Source of the DNA: Octopus sinensis
Lineage: Eukaryota
NCBI RefSeq assembly: GCF_006345805.1
Contig: NC_043019.1
Span: 5,207,360-5,271,359, forward strand
Length of the DNA: 64,000 nt
Direction of reading: 5' to 3'
Position 1 is the first letter of the stretch. Every line of letters starts with the position of its first letter. The position numbers and the translations under genes were made by a program. Shown here piece by piece: positions 25,348 to 40,300 of this stretch. A model generated the notes under the pieces. The model did not search any database. It was not told the DNA's origin and saw only the letters and a list, made by a program, of their open reading frames with translations.

Positions 25348-28300
25348 TACAACGGGTTTCTTTCAGTTTCCGTCTACCAAATCCACTCACAAGGCTTTGG
25401 TCGGCCCGAGGCTATAGTAGAAGTTTATTTATTGACAGGAAAGATGACCACTACAATCTAAAACCTAAGGTGCCACGCAGTGGGACTGAACCCGGAACCA
25501 TGTGGTTGGTAGACAAGCTACTTACCACACAGCCACTCCTGCGCCTATTGGGACTTGGGACTTATTTATGAAAAGAAAGCTTTATATTACCCAAAACATA
25601 TGAAACAAAAGGTGAACTAAAAGTCTGAAAAGAAGCATGGACATTGAGGACAAAATTATGAAAATGCTTTGGATAAGTAGGCGCAGGAGTGGCTGTGTGG
25701 TAAGTAGCTTGCTTACGAACCACATGGTTCCAGGTTCAGTCACACTACGTGGCACCTTAGGTTTTAGATTATAGTGGTCATCTTTCCTGTCAATAAATAA
25801 ACTTCACAAGATGTCACATACCTTGAGCCATTTATTACCTATTTAGATGTTCATCAATGTTGCTGTAGAATAAATCACTGATAAATTTGAACCTGGGATT
25901 CTTGAAGATTTTGTGCGTACTAAACTGGGAGGTTACTGTAATGAGGTTCTGGGTTCAAACCCACTGTTGGTTCCTTGGTGATTTGAGTTCTACTACAGCC
26001 TTGTGAGTGAAACTAAAGGGACAAACTCTGGGCAAAAGGAGACTGAATGCATAATTTGAGCAAAGGACCTGCTTTATGACACTGCGTCAGACCGATTCTT
26101 TCTGAATATTACATTAATGTACAAGAGTCTATGGAATATTCAGCCACTCACACTCCACTATGAGATGTACTCAATCCCAATTTAGTTTGCCATAAATAAT
26201 TACTTATCTCTTTATTACCCACAAGGGGCTAAACACAGAGAGGACAAACAAGGACAAATGGATTAAGTCGATTATATTGACCCCAGTGCGTAACTGGTAC
26301 TTATTTGATCAACCCCAAAAGGATGAAAGGCAAAGTCGACCTCGGCAGAATTTGAACTCAGAACGTAACGACAGAGGAAATACCTATTTCTTTATTACCC
26401 ACAAGGGGCCAAACACAGAGGAGACAAACAAGGACAGACATAGGTATTAAGTCGATTACATCGACCCCAGTTCGTAACTGGTACTTATTTAATCGACCCC
26501 AAAAGGATGAAAGGCAAAGTCAACCTCGGCGGAGTTTGAACTCAGAACGTAACGGCAGACGAAATACGGCTACACATTTCGCCCGGCGTGCTAACGTTTC
26601 TGCCAGCTCGCCACCTTAAATAATTACTTCAGTTTGCCATAAATAATTACTTCTTGATGAAATCACCCATTTCTGCAAGTAATAATAATAGTAGGAGTAG
26701 TAGTAGTAGCAGCAGCAGCAGTTTGATTTTTTTCAGCTCATGGTACAGAGTTTGAGTCCTCTTTGGGCTATGATAAAACTGATAACACGGTCTTGCATTC
26801 AATTCTATCACGAGTGAACCAGAGGAGACACTAAAATAATAATGGTTCAACTGTGTCTTTGAAGAGGACATTCATAATTTCATTTAGCATCAGATTCCAT
26901 GCCAGCACGAGTAAGATGGTCTGACTGGAGCTGATAAGCCAGAGAGCTACAACAGGTTCTATTCTGATTTGGCTTGGCTGCTACAGTTGGATCCTCTTCC
27001 TAACACTTTATCGAGTGTACTGGGTGTCTTTCAAGTGTCACCGGCACAGGTGCCTTTCGTTGTGTCACAGGCATGGATGCCTCTTGTGTGTGTCACAGGC
27101 TTGGGTGCCTCTTGTGTGTCACTGGCACGGGTGCCTTTCATTGTGTCACTGACATGGGTGCCTTTTACATGTTACTGGCATGGGTGCCTTTTATATGTCA
27201 CTGGCATGGGTGCCTCTATGTGTCACCGGCACAGGTGCCTTTCGTTGTGTCACTGGCATGGGTACCTTTTATGTGTCACTGGCATGGATGCCATTTATGT
27301 GTCACTGGCATGGGTGCCTTTTATGTGTCACTGGCATGGGTGCCTCTTGTGTGTCACTGGCATGGGTGCCTTTTATGTGTCACTGGCATGGGTGCCATTT
27401 ATGTGTCACTGGCACAGGTGCCTTTCGTTGTGTCACTGGCATGGGTACCTTTTATGTGTCACTGGCATGGGTGCCTCTATGTGTCACCGGCACAGGTGCC
27501 TTTCGTTGTCACTGGCATGGGTACCTTTTATGTGTCACTGGCATGGATGCCTTTTATGTGTCACTGGCATGGGTGCCATTTATGTGTCACCGGCACAGGT
27601 GCCTTTCGTTGTGTCACTGGCATGGGTACCTTTTATGTGTCACTGGCATGGATGCCATTTATGTGTCACTGGCATGGGTGCCTTTTATGTGTCACTGGCA
27701 TGGGTGCCTCTTGTGTGTCACTGGCATGGGTGCCTCTTGTGTGTCACTGGCATGGGTGCCTCTTGTGTGTCACTGGCATGGGTGCCTCTTGTGTGTCACT
27801 GGCATGGGTGCCTCTTGTGTGTCACTGGCATGGGTGCCTTTTATGTGTCACTGGCATGGGTGCCTTTTATGTGTCACTGGCATGGGTGCCTCTTGTGTGT
27901 CACTGGCATGGGTGCCTTTTATGTGTCACTGGCATGGGTGCCTCTTGTGTGTCACTGGCATGGGTGCCTCTTGTGTGTCACTGGCATGGGTGCCTCTTGT
28001 GTGTCACTGGCATGGGTGCCTCTTGTGTGTCACTGGCATGGGTGCCTCTTGTGTGTCACTGGCATGGGTGCCATTCATGTGTCACTGGCATGGGTGCCTT
28101 TTATGTGTCACTGGTATGAGTGCCTCTGTGTCACCGGCACGGGTGCCTTTCGTTGTGTCACTGGCACAGGTGCCTTTTATGTGTCACTGGTATGGGTGCC
28201 ATTCATGTGTCACTGGCATGGGTGCCTCTTGTGTGTCACAGGCATGGGTGCCTCTTGTGTGTCACAGGCATGGGTGCCTTTCATTGTGTCACTGGCACAA

Positions 28301-31300
28301 GCCACAACAATTTCACTTAGCCTGATGTGTCTTCTCAATCACAGCAAATCTCCAAAAGTCTTCGTCTCTTGTCATCGCCTCCATGAGACTAAACATCTAA
28401 TGGTCATATTCCACCCCTTTGTCCCACATCTTACTGGGTGCACCTCTTCCACAGGTTCCCTCCAGTTAGAGAGTCCGGTTGATAAAAATATTTCATGCGA
28501 CCAAAACTCAACACAACTTACCTCACAAATACCACATCTTTTCCTGCGACTGGCAGAAGAAAAGCCGTTGTCATCTATCTGTCCCTGGAACATGCTGTCG
28601 AAAATGTTACGCACAAGAGACGTTGTGGCAGCCATCGTTTGCGTATCCTTTGACTTCACTTTGGGTTCACGGAGCTGCTTACGTAGAGCCCTCCTGTAAA
28701 GGAAATAAGGAAAACACATCTCAGCACCCTGCTCTGTGCAAATTTGATTGTGAGACTCTCTCTCTCTCTCTCCAGCACTCTCAAGAGCTGAGCTGAACAA
28801 GTTGATGGATTACAGAACTAAACAAGAGTTTAACAGTTAAAATACCACCGTCTCTTTTTGGTTGTATCAGTAAAGAAACATTTAGGTCTCAAAAGATCAA
28901 CCCAACTTAAATAGGTATCAGAAAGGGGTAATAAGTTCACTGTAGCACTTTATCAGGACCTTTTCTGTTTGCCTCACACTTTTCAATCCCTTTAATTTTG
29001 TTCCAATTGATTTAAATTTGGTGTATTAATGTACTTTTATATGCTAATTACTCTCTCTTTTACTCTTTTACTTGTTTCAGTCATTTGACTGCAGCCATGC
29101 TAGAGCACCGCCTTTAATCGAGAAACTCGACCCCGGGACTTATTCTTTGAAGCCCAGTACTTATTCTATCAGTCTCTTTTGCCGAACCGCTAAGTGACGG
29201 GAACATAAACACACCAGCATCGGTTGTCAAGCGACGTTGGATGGGAAAAACACAGACACACAAACACACACGCACATATACATATATACGACGGGCTTCT
29301 TTCAATTTCCGTCTACCAAGTCCACTCACAAGGCTTTGGTTGGCCCGAGGTTATAGTAGAAGACACTTGTCCAAGGTGCCACGCAGTGGGACTGAACCCG
29401 GAACCATGTGGTTGGTAAACAAGCTACTTACCACACAGCCACGAAATTCACTTTTGCCATTAATTATTAAATAAAAAGTTAATAGCTTTAAAATTTGCAA
29501 ATTTCGGGTAATTTTAGCCAATTGAAAGCCACACACATACTAGTGCCTATTTCCATAGTAACATGACAAGGTATAGATTAACTGTCTTTCAACCTTCTAG
29601 ATGAAAAAGAAAATCTGATTTAGGCAGAAGGACAGCAATTTTAAAGGGGAAGGTTTAGTTGATACCATCAACTTTAATACATGACTAGAATCTTATGTTA
29701 TTGACTCTGAAGAAATGAAAGGTAAAGTTGGCCTCAGTGGGAAATGAACCCAGAACATAAAGAGCCAGAATAAATACCATAAAGCATTTTTTTTTCCAAA
29801 TGAGCTAATGACTTTGCCAGCTCCATCATTTCCCAGAGAATAATAATAATTTTGGGACAAGGCCAGCAATTTCATGGGAGGTGGTAAGCCAATTACATCG
29901 ACCCCCAGCGTTTAACTGATACTTATTTTATCAATCCTGAAAGGAGAAGTCAACTTTGGTGGAATTTGAACTCAGAATGTAAAGACGAATGTAATGTTGC
30001 TAAGCATTTTGTCCAGCGTGCTAACGATTCTGCCAGCTCACTGTCTTAATAATAACTAATAATATAAAGCAAAAAATTGTTCCCATGGTAATTGGTGCTT
30101 TTAACACAACACCCAAAATGCCACCTAAGAAAACTGAAAGGTATTGGAATTGAGACTTGCATAGTTGATTTACAGAATGATACCATCTTGTATTCTAAGA
30201 AAGAGTCTTGAGATTTAAAGAAACTTGGCACCAAACCTCAAAAGAACATCCTTACTAATACAGCATGTAATTGCTTAATAATAAAGAATTATCATAATGG
30301 TTTTATATTAAAAGATATACAAACTAGATTTAATAACAATTTCATAATAATTATAAACATTGACCCCTCAAAGAATATCGTGAACCTTTCTTGTAAAAAA
30401 CTAAAAATGAAGAAAAAAGTACCGTTTGCCAAGAGTGACTCCTGAAAGTTTGATCAATGCCCTCATACAAGGTGTTGTGATGAGGAGGGCTTCATCATCA
30501 TCAGCAGCTTCATCATAACTTTGAATCTAAACATAGAAAGATGGGAATTTATAACAAGAGGTGGTGGTGGTATGATGATATCAATGATAGTGATGATGGT
30601 GATGGTAGTTGTGGTGGTGATGACGATGACAGTGATGGTGATATTAGGGACTACAATATTACACCTTTGATATTTTTGCATCAATCTCACCCCACCAAAA
30701 AAATGTTAATAATTATTAATGTAATAACGATGATGGTTGTAACGATGATATGGCTTAGATTAGATATTTTTTGTAGAGAGAATAAAGATAAGGATGAAGG
30801 ATGAAGTCATATAGACTCCTAGGACCCGCTTACGGTTTCTGTGGCACATATACTCTCCTCACTGGATAGGGTGCAGGTTCATCACAGGATTATTCATTTT
30901 TAACAGTTGAGTGGACTGGAGCAACATGAAATGAAGTGTTTTGTTCAAGAGCAAAACACATTGCCTAGTCCAGGAATTGAAACCACAATCTTACAATCAT
31001 GTGTCCAATACCTTAACCACTAAGCCACGTGCCTCCACTTTTTCACTCTTTTTTACTTGTTTCAGTCATTTGAGTGTGGCCATGCTGGAGCACCGCCTTT
31101 TAGTTGAGCAAATTGACTCCAGGACTTATTCTTTGTAAGCCTAGTACTTATTCTATTGGTCTCTTTTGCCGAACTGCTAAGTGAAGGGGATGTAAACACA
31201 CCAGCATCGGTTGTCAAGCAATGCTAGGGGGGACAAACACAGACACACAAACACACACACACATATATATATATACACACACACATATATATACGATGGG

Positions 31301-34300
31301 CTTCTTTCAGTTTTCGTCTACCAAAACCACAAGGCTTTGGTCGGCCTGAGGCTATAGTGGAGGACACTTGCCCAGGGTGCCACGCAGTGGGACTGAACCT
31401 GGAACCATGTGGTTCATAAGCAAGCAACTTACCACACAGCCAGAGAATAAAAGGTGGTATTCTTTTAATCGGTTTTACCTGGATGAAGGAGAGGAAGATG
31501 ACTTACCTGATCGACCACAAACTGGGCATGACGCAACAAAGCATCTTCAGTAGGGATATTCGTGATGCCATTTGGTGGAACCGTTATCTGAGCAAATGAA
31601 AAAACAGATTTTCATGTGATATTTTTACATGTGATAAAAAATATTTTTATGCAATAAACTATATTTTCTGAACAAAAGGAAAAAGATTCATTTTTCGCAA
31701 ACATAATTGCTTAAGACTGAAATATAAACATCTTTGTATATGAACTCTCCTCGTCGCCACTGCCACCCAAGATATTGGTGTTAATGGAGATTGTGGATTC
31801 TAATAATAATAATAATAACAACAAGAGCCCTCAGAGAGCGCAAACCTCTGCCAAGGCAACACCAATATCCTTTCAATGATTAGTCAGAGATGATTTTTCA
31901 AATGAGAATATCTGAAATAAACTTGACTGCTCTCACAAATGAGAATACTAAAAATGAACCTGACTATTCTCAAAAATTTTTTAAATCCTCAAAAATAATC
32001 CAGGCACAAAACTAGTTATTTGAGGGAAGGATTAGTCAATTACAGTAATCTCTGTGCTTGATTAGCATTGTATTTTATCAACCCTAGAGAGATGAAAGAG
32101 AATACTGACCATGGAAGAGTTTGAACTCAAAACATAAATAACTGGAACAAATATGAAAACATTTTATTTAACATTCTTATGATTCTATCTTCCTTTAATA
32201 ATAATAATAATAAATGCCCTGATGCAGTACCAGGCAGTGGCTCTCGTGGCTTCTGATCTTAACTGATTGGAAGTGTTATCATGTACATTGTTTTGTCTTG
32301 GTATAAAAGATGGGCTACAACAAATATTCTGCTCAATACCACAGATTTGCTTGTTAGTTGTTTGACCGTAACCAGTTGAGCATGTCCCTTAGTGGCTGAC
32401 GATATGTGCATCTCTGATCACGAGCAGAAGTAGTGGGGGAGCATCATAGCCATGTGTTGAAAGGAATTCTTTGGGATTTGAATAATTCACCTTTGGAAAC
32501 ATGGGCGTTTTGTTCAACATCCTTAAACAACCCTTATTCAGGGACCTTTTGAGTGGGATGGGTTACTCGACTTCATATATTTTACTCCAGTGTCACTTTG
32601 ATGGCATGTACTGCTCTCTCACTCAATAATAATAATAATAATCATGGGTTTGAATTTTGGCAGAAGGCCAGAAGTTTGGAATTAGTGGGGGTTAAGTCAA
32701 TTACATTAACCTTGGTGTTGAACTGGTACTTATTTTATCAACTTCAAAGGATAAAAGGCAAAGTTGACCATTGTGGAATTTGAACTCAGAACATAAAGAC
32801 AAACGAAATGCTGCTTAGCATTTTGCTTGGTGTGCTAACAATTCTACCAGCTCACTGCTTTAATAATAGTCACAAAAATCCTTTCTACTAAAGGCAAAAG
32901 AACTGAAATTTGGCAGGAGGGACCTAGTTGATTACACTGGCCCCAGTGTTTCACTGGCACTTAAGTTATCAACTCTGAAAAGATGAAAGGCAAAGTCAAC
33001 CTCGGCAGAATTTGAACTCAGACAATAAAAATGGACAAAATGTCGCTATGCACTTTGCCCAGCGTGCTAACAATTCTGCCAGCTTGCCGCCTAAACAATA
33101 ATAATAATAATAATAAAATGACAAAAGAAACCAATTCTACCAAGCAAATGAACTGACCTGAATTTTATTGAGCAAATCTTCATAAGTGGCATCAAGGTTA
33201 CTCTGTAAGAATTCAATGGCGATCTTGGAAAGATAGATCTTCTCCCTCATGATGTCCATAAACGGGGAATAAATTTTACTGGGAGACATTAAAATATAAT
33301 CAGCATAAGCTGGAAGATAGAAAGGAAAAAAAAAAAGGGAACAGTTAGGAGTCAGCATGAAATGAATGGAATTTCATGACAAAAAGAGGATGTTGTTGTT
33401 ACAAGACTATTTTAGTCCTGTCTTTGAATATTCTCATGGCACAGCTGCAGCAAATTGAAAATCAGAAATAATCCACAGATCCAACATTCCAAACACATCG
33501 CAGTTCTTTTCAAGGATCTCTTTGCATATTTCTTATGTTGTCTTTTTCTATTACGTGGATGCGCAATGGCCCAGTGGTTAGGGCAGCAAACTCGCGGTCA
33601 TAGGATCGCGGTTTCGATTCCCAGACCGGGCGTTGTGAGTGTTTATTGAGCGAAAACACCTAAAAAAGCTCCACAATGCTCCGGCAGGGGATGGTGGTGA
33701 TCCCTGCTTCACTCTTTCACCACAACTTTCTCTCACTCTTACTTCCTGTTTCTGTTGTACCTGTATTTCAAGGGGCCGGCCTTGTCACTCTCTGTGTCAT
33801 GCTGAATATCCCCAAGAACTACGTTAAGGGTGTATGTGTCTGTGGAGTGCTCAGCCAATAACACGTTAATTTCACGAGCAGGCTGTTCCGTTGATTCGGA
33901 TCAACCGGAACCCTCGTCGTCGTAACCGACGGAGTGCTTCCATTTTCTATTACATTAAAACAAGGTCTTAAATAGCATCAACCATTCTGATTTTAAACCT
34001 GTTTCTTCAATCATCCTTTCATTTTCACTTCTACTCTTTCAGTCATTGGAGTTCTCTTTTACCCCGCAATCTACAAGGCAACCCCATTAGTGCTAGAAAA
34101 GCAGCATCCAGTCCACACTAAATCAGTGCTCCTCAACCAGGGTCCCCCAGAATTTTAGGGTTCCCCAAGAAAGACTCAGATAAGCCAATGCTAATTTCAT
34201 GACTGTAATATTACTATACATGCACAGCATATTATTGGTTATTGTAATATTGACATCATCCTATCTAACCTATTATGTTATCAAATAGATAATGGAGTTT

Positions 34301-37300
34301 TTTTTATAAGAAAAATTATTATTTTATTTATTTCTTGAAAAATATTGTTTAACTCTATTTGCTTATTTATTTAACTATTATCATTAACCTGAAGATTGAC
34401 TATAATTTTAGTTCGAATTTATTTCAATTGAATTTAAATTTAATTGTAATTCTAATTTAATTATAGCCATGAAACGTACGTAGTGTTTTTACTTATATTA
34501 TATTTATCATTCCTTTTATACTTTTAGGGAAAAAAAAATTATATATATATATTATATTAATTATATTTATATTATTTGTTATTTATGTATTGGTTTATGT
34601 CTATCACTGTTTGAGTTGCCTAATAGTGGTTTTATCTCTAATTCATATTTCATATATATATATATATATAGGCTGAAACAGCTGTAAGAGATTTTAATAT
34701 TTTATATTCATGTTTTTTAATAACTGCTTGTATTCTTATCTTATATGCATAGAATAATATACTCTATATATATATGTTATTATGGTTGGCGTTTTGAAAA
34801 ATAAATAAGTCAACATTTTAATATCCTAAAGCTGATGAACCAACTAATGTGCTTCTCCATTTTCTTTTTTGCTATATATATATATTTACTATGTGAACTA
34901 TGATGAAAGAAATATGATTTTTTTTTTGTGCAGGGGTTCCTTGAGACATGCAATTTATTTTAAGGGGTAAAAAGGCTGAGAAACACAGCTCTAAATGATT
35001 GGTAAACTGGGCAAATCCGATGCTCAACCGATTTAGTCAGCTTAACAACAGCAGCAGCAACAACAACAGCCATAACAGCATCATTAGCAACAACAGCAAC
35101 ACACACAGAATGAAAAGTAAAAGTTCCACCTGAGAGAAACTGCAAATATTACCTGTTGTGAAACCAATTAAAGAATTTTCTCCACCATCAAACCCTGCAG
35201 TCCACCATTCATTGATTGGTCCCATGGTTTTACAAGGGACACCACCTAAAAATCAACAAAGGCAAAACAACATTGCTTTAACAATGACATCATAATTCAA
35301 GCTAAATAAGTCTCTAGTACTGGCTTCAGGTTACTACAGCAAAACATTGACATTGAGGGGAAGAAACCTTGATTCCAAGATTCCTACAGCAGGAGGAGGT
35401 ATCAAAATATTAAGTTAGATATATATTTCTTTACTACCCACAAGGGGCTAAACACAGAGGGGACAAACAAACGGATTAAATCGATTACATCGACTCCAGT
35501 GCGTAACTGGTACTTAATTTATCGAACCCGAAAGGATGAAAGGCAAAGTCGACCTCGGCGGAATTTGAACTCAGAACGTAGCAGCGGACGAAATACGGCT
35601 ACGCATTTCGTCCGGCGTGCTAACGGTTCTGCCAGCTCGTTAAGTTAGATATTAAGTTAGATATAGACATGGCTGCTGGGCTCAGAAGTTAACTGAGGTG
35701 AACATTTACTTTATAGAAAAATAAAACAAGGATTTTTTTATAGTACAGTTACTCTTTTACTTGTTTTAGTCATTTGACTGTGGCCAAGCTGGAGCACCGC
35801 CTTTAGTCGAGCAAATCGACCCCAGGACTCATTCTTTGTAAGCCTAGTACTTATTCTATCAGTCTCTTTTGTCAAACCGCTAGGTTACGGGGGCCTAAAC
35901 ACACCAGCATCGGTTATCAAGCGATGTTGGGGGGACAAACACAGACACACATGCATATATATATATATATATATATATATACACTGACAAGGCTTTGGTC
36001 GGCCCGAGGCTGTACTAGAAGACACTTGCCCAAGGTGTCACGCAGTGGGACTTGAATCCAGAACCATGTGGTTCGTAAGTTAGCTACTTACAAAGACACT
36101 CCTACACCTTTGTAAATTTATATGTGGTTTTACAGGTGTAAACCATCTTAACTTCTCTCTGCTGACCAATGAAGTGTAAATCATCATCATCATCATCTTC
36201 ATCTTATAGGCACAAGCATGGTGGCTACGTGGTAAGAAGGTTCCTTCCCAACCACATGGTTCCAGGTTCAGTCCCACTGCATGGCTCCTTGGGCAAGTGT
36301 CTTCTACAATAGCCTCGGGCATTGTACACACACGTGTGTGTGTCCTTGTGTCTGTGTTTGTCCCCCTCCATGACTTGACAACCAGTGTTGATCTGTTCAT
36401 ATCACAGTGACTTAGTGGTTCGACAAAAAGGACTAATAGACTAAGTAGTAAACTTTAAAGAAAATCAGTACTGGAGTCCCTTAGTTCAACTAAAATTCCC
36501 CCAAGGTGATGCCCCAGCATGGCTGCAATCTAATGACTGAAACAAGTAAAAGATCAAAAGATTCATCAACAGAAGATGAAAATTCTTCGTTAGTCAAAAA
36601 CATTCGAGCGAGGTTGTCATCGTTGGCAGTGCCGCTGGACTGACTCCCGTGCAGGTGGCACATAAAAAGCACCATTTGAGCATGCCCGTTGCCAGTACCA
36701 CCTGACTGGCCCTCGTGTCGGTAGCACATAAAAGAACCCACTACACTCTCGGAGTGGTTGGCGCTAGAAAGGGCATCCAGCTGTAGAAACTCTGCCAGAT
36801 CAGATTGGAGTCTGGTGCAGCCATCTCATTTGCCAGACCTCAGTCAAATCATCCAACCCATGCTAGCAGGGAAAGTGGACGTTAAACAATGATGATGAGT
36901 CAAGCAGAAACAAGTTAGTAAGTGAACAACTGTAAAATCAACCTGGACATTGTGATTTTAACCCTTGGTCAATGTTGATTGAGAATATCTATGACCATCT
37001 TGTCTATTTGAGATTACACAGGAACAAGGTTCTTCCTTCATGCTTATTTTTTAAGATGGTAGGATGTGTGAGTTGAGGGAGAACTGGCAGCTATATCTAG
37101 CCGATCAAGCAAACACATAGAGAGTCTCTCATTAGTTCTTTATAAGCAGTTGCCAGACTGGAAGTCATGTGACCAGTAGAAACAGACCATATCCTGACTA
37201 ACATATTTCTAAATAAAATTCTGTTTCGATGGAAATAAAAAGTAGGGAAAAAATAAAAATAAAAGAGAAAAGGAACCAGAAAATACAACCATACCATCAG

Positions 37301-40300
37301 CACTTGGGTTTTCATCATAAATTGGCTTGACAACTCCACTGAAGTAGAGCTCAACGTTCTTTTCTATCAAACCAGTGTCAAACGCACACAAATGGGTGGC
37401 TTTGTCGTAAACACTGAAAACAAAACAAATTATTGAGGATTAAAGTTTAAATGCCAGACAAAAATTTTTAATTGAGATTATCAAGTTTCACGTAAAAAGC
37501 ACCATCCGAACGTGGCCGATGCCAGCACCATCTTCACTGGCTTCCGTGCCAGTGGCACGTAAAAAGCACCAACCGATCGTGGCCGCTGCCAGCCTCCCCT
37601 GGCATCTATGCCGATGGCACTTAAAAAGCACCCACTACACTCACGGAGTGGTTGGCATAGAAACCAGCGTTGGTTGTCAAGCGATGTTGGGGGTGGGGAC
37701 AAACACACACACATATATACGACGGGCTTTCAGTTTCCGTCTACCAAATCCACTCACAAGGCTTTGGTCGGCCCGAGGCTATAGTAGAAGACACTTGCCC
37801 AAGGTGCCATGCAGTGGGACTGAACCCGGAACCATGTGGTTGGTAAACAAGGTACTTACCACACAGCCACTCCTACACCTATGTATGTGTCTTAATGTGT
37901 TTGTAAGTTTCCTCATGTGTTTTTCTGTTTGTGTACAGACCCATCTGTGTTCTGTCTCTCCTTCATGGGTGAAAGGGAATTGTGTATCAAGACTATTTTA
38001 TCTAATGTGTCCATCCTCTCATTTACATAGGTAGAAATTTGAGGGAATTTGGCTGCTATCTCTAACTGGTCGGATGACCATGTAGTAGCTCCTTCATAAA
38101 CATATAAAATAAAATGCCAGCCTCCCTTGGCACCTGTCCCAGTGGCACGTAAAAAGCAGCATCTGTACGTGGTCGATGCCAGTGGCACCATGACTGGCTT
38201 CCGTGCTGGTGGTACGTAAAAAGCACCAACCGATCGTGGCTGTTGCCAGCCTCCACTGGTACGTAAAAAGCACCCACTACACTCACAGAGTGGTTGGCAT
38301 TAGGGAGGGCATCCAGCTGTAGAAACTCTGCCAGATCAGACTGGAGCCTGGTACAGCCTCCTGGTTCCCAGACCCCGGTCGAACCATCCAACCCATGCTA
38401 GCATGGAAAACAGACATTAAACAATGATGATGATGATGATGAAATAAATGAATAAAGAAGCAAAAACAAAAAAGTGAAATACAAACCTAAAATTGGAGAG
38501 TTTGTGTTGGGGTCGTTCATCGAAACTAGACACTTCATCATCGTTGCCAGAAAAGACGGACAATTTGGTGTCAGTGAGAGCTATGAATTCCTCAACCTGA
38601 AATATAAGAGGACAAACTGAAATATAGGGGGATCAAGACATAGGATATGGTTCAAGAGTCCACAATTAAATACAGGGTATCCCAGAATTAACTATCTATT
38701 TCAATGAAATTGGGTAAATTTTAAAAAAACTAACAGAAATTTATGTTCATTACTTGATTATGATACTAAAATAAATCTATATATATAAAGCTAAAGTTGT
38801 CTGTGTGTGTGTGTATGGCAGGTTTGGTAGCCTTCAACTAACACTATCTCCTCCGAGACCCTGCCGCGCAAGTTGACCAAAATAGAGAGTATGATAGAAG
38901 AAGGCTTGCTCTTCATTCCGTAGAAGAAAAAATTCAAATCGGACCAAGTTAAGACCAAAAATTATTTACATCAAAAAGATGCTTTTTTTCCTATGAAAAT
39001 CCCTATTTTTTAATGATTTTTTGACTGCTGTGTCGCCATTTTTCGGTGTATTTCAACCAGAAAAAGTGTGATCTGCATGCTCTTACTATCTACAATGTTC
39101 AAGCCAAACCTTCAATGGGTATGTTTTGATTTTACAGATTTTTTTAGTTATACGTGATGTAAAATAGTTGATTTTATTCATTTTACAGGTACAACCACGA
39201 TTCATGTTGCCCACCCGTTTGGCTTCAAAATAACATTTTGGGGGGTTTTTTTGTAACCACAAACTGTTCTTACTAACGTTTTGGATTTTCCTGTACTTTT
39301 TCTTAATGAAGACTGTTGCAGTCTTAACTTCTTAATAGATTTTCAGTGCAGTTCGAAACTTGAGCTTCATTTTGCTTTAAATCTACGGGTAATTTTTTTC
39401 TCCACAATGTTAATAGAAGGAATATTAATCAACAATACCAACAACTGAAGTCGGCATTACACATTTGCAGCACATTCAGAGCAAACTCGAGCATCACCAC
39501 ACTACACTTTTAGTCATAGATTGAAACTATTTCAAAACTTTGTAAACGCGACATCTAAGTCTACCGTTTTAAGTGCAACTAAAAAACAAACCTGAGCAAC
39601 GCCGGGCTACACTGCTCGTAGATTTATAAATCTTACATCAAAACTTTATTGAAAATTTCCAATCTTTGCTCCATCTGTACCCTTGCAAATTTCAAATCTA
39701 CCCTTAGCATTGTGCAACACATTTTAAAGGATTTCAGGAGTTAAGGACTGCACTGCTAACAAAGCATTAAGTTCAGCTAAACTATTGCTCCATCATGGGA
39801 GTGGAGGCAGATAGAACGATTCCAGCCAATTAGTAAAAAGCTGCTGTGGACAGGTAAGTGGGATCCAACAGAAATGAAAATAAAATTTATTATAAAATAT
39901 TACACTTTTAACACATATTAAACATGATAAACATAAATAAAAGTTGGTTTTAAAAAAATTAGTCCAATTTCACTGAAATGGATAGATTAACCATTTCGTT
40001 ACCAACCCGGCTGAAACTGGCTCTGAGTACAAATGTCTTGTTTTCATTAGTTTGGAATTAAAATCTTCCACCAAACTTTAGTCACAATTTATTCCTAACA
40101 CTAGCTGAATGATAACTAAGTTATTCTACTAAATTCTTTGTTATATTTAAAGTAAATAAAAGAAATACAGAGCATCTCAAAATAAATACGGTAATGAAAG
40201 GGTTAATTCTGAGGCTCTCTGTATTATGACAAGTGTTTACAGAACACACACAACTGGGCAGGTGGGGTAGCGAAGTTACCGCAACATAATAGCACAACTG

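Noticed and set aside
26969-28699. Cys/His/Trp-rich ORFs of 348-576 aa
   Set aside because: Translation of the 26-bp minisatellite; the 576-aa ORF also runs antisense over a real DNMT1 exon.
33555-33630. tRNA gene calls at SINE heads
   Set aside because: The heads run straight into SINE bodies, with no complete cloverleaf or terminator.
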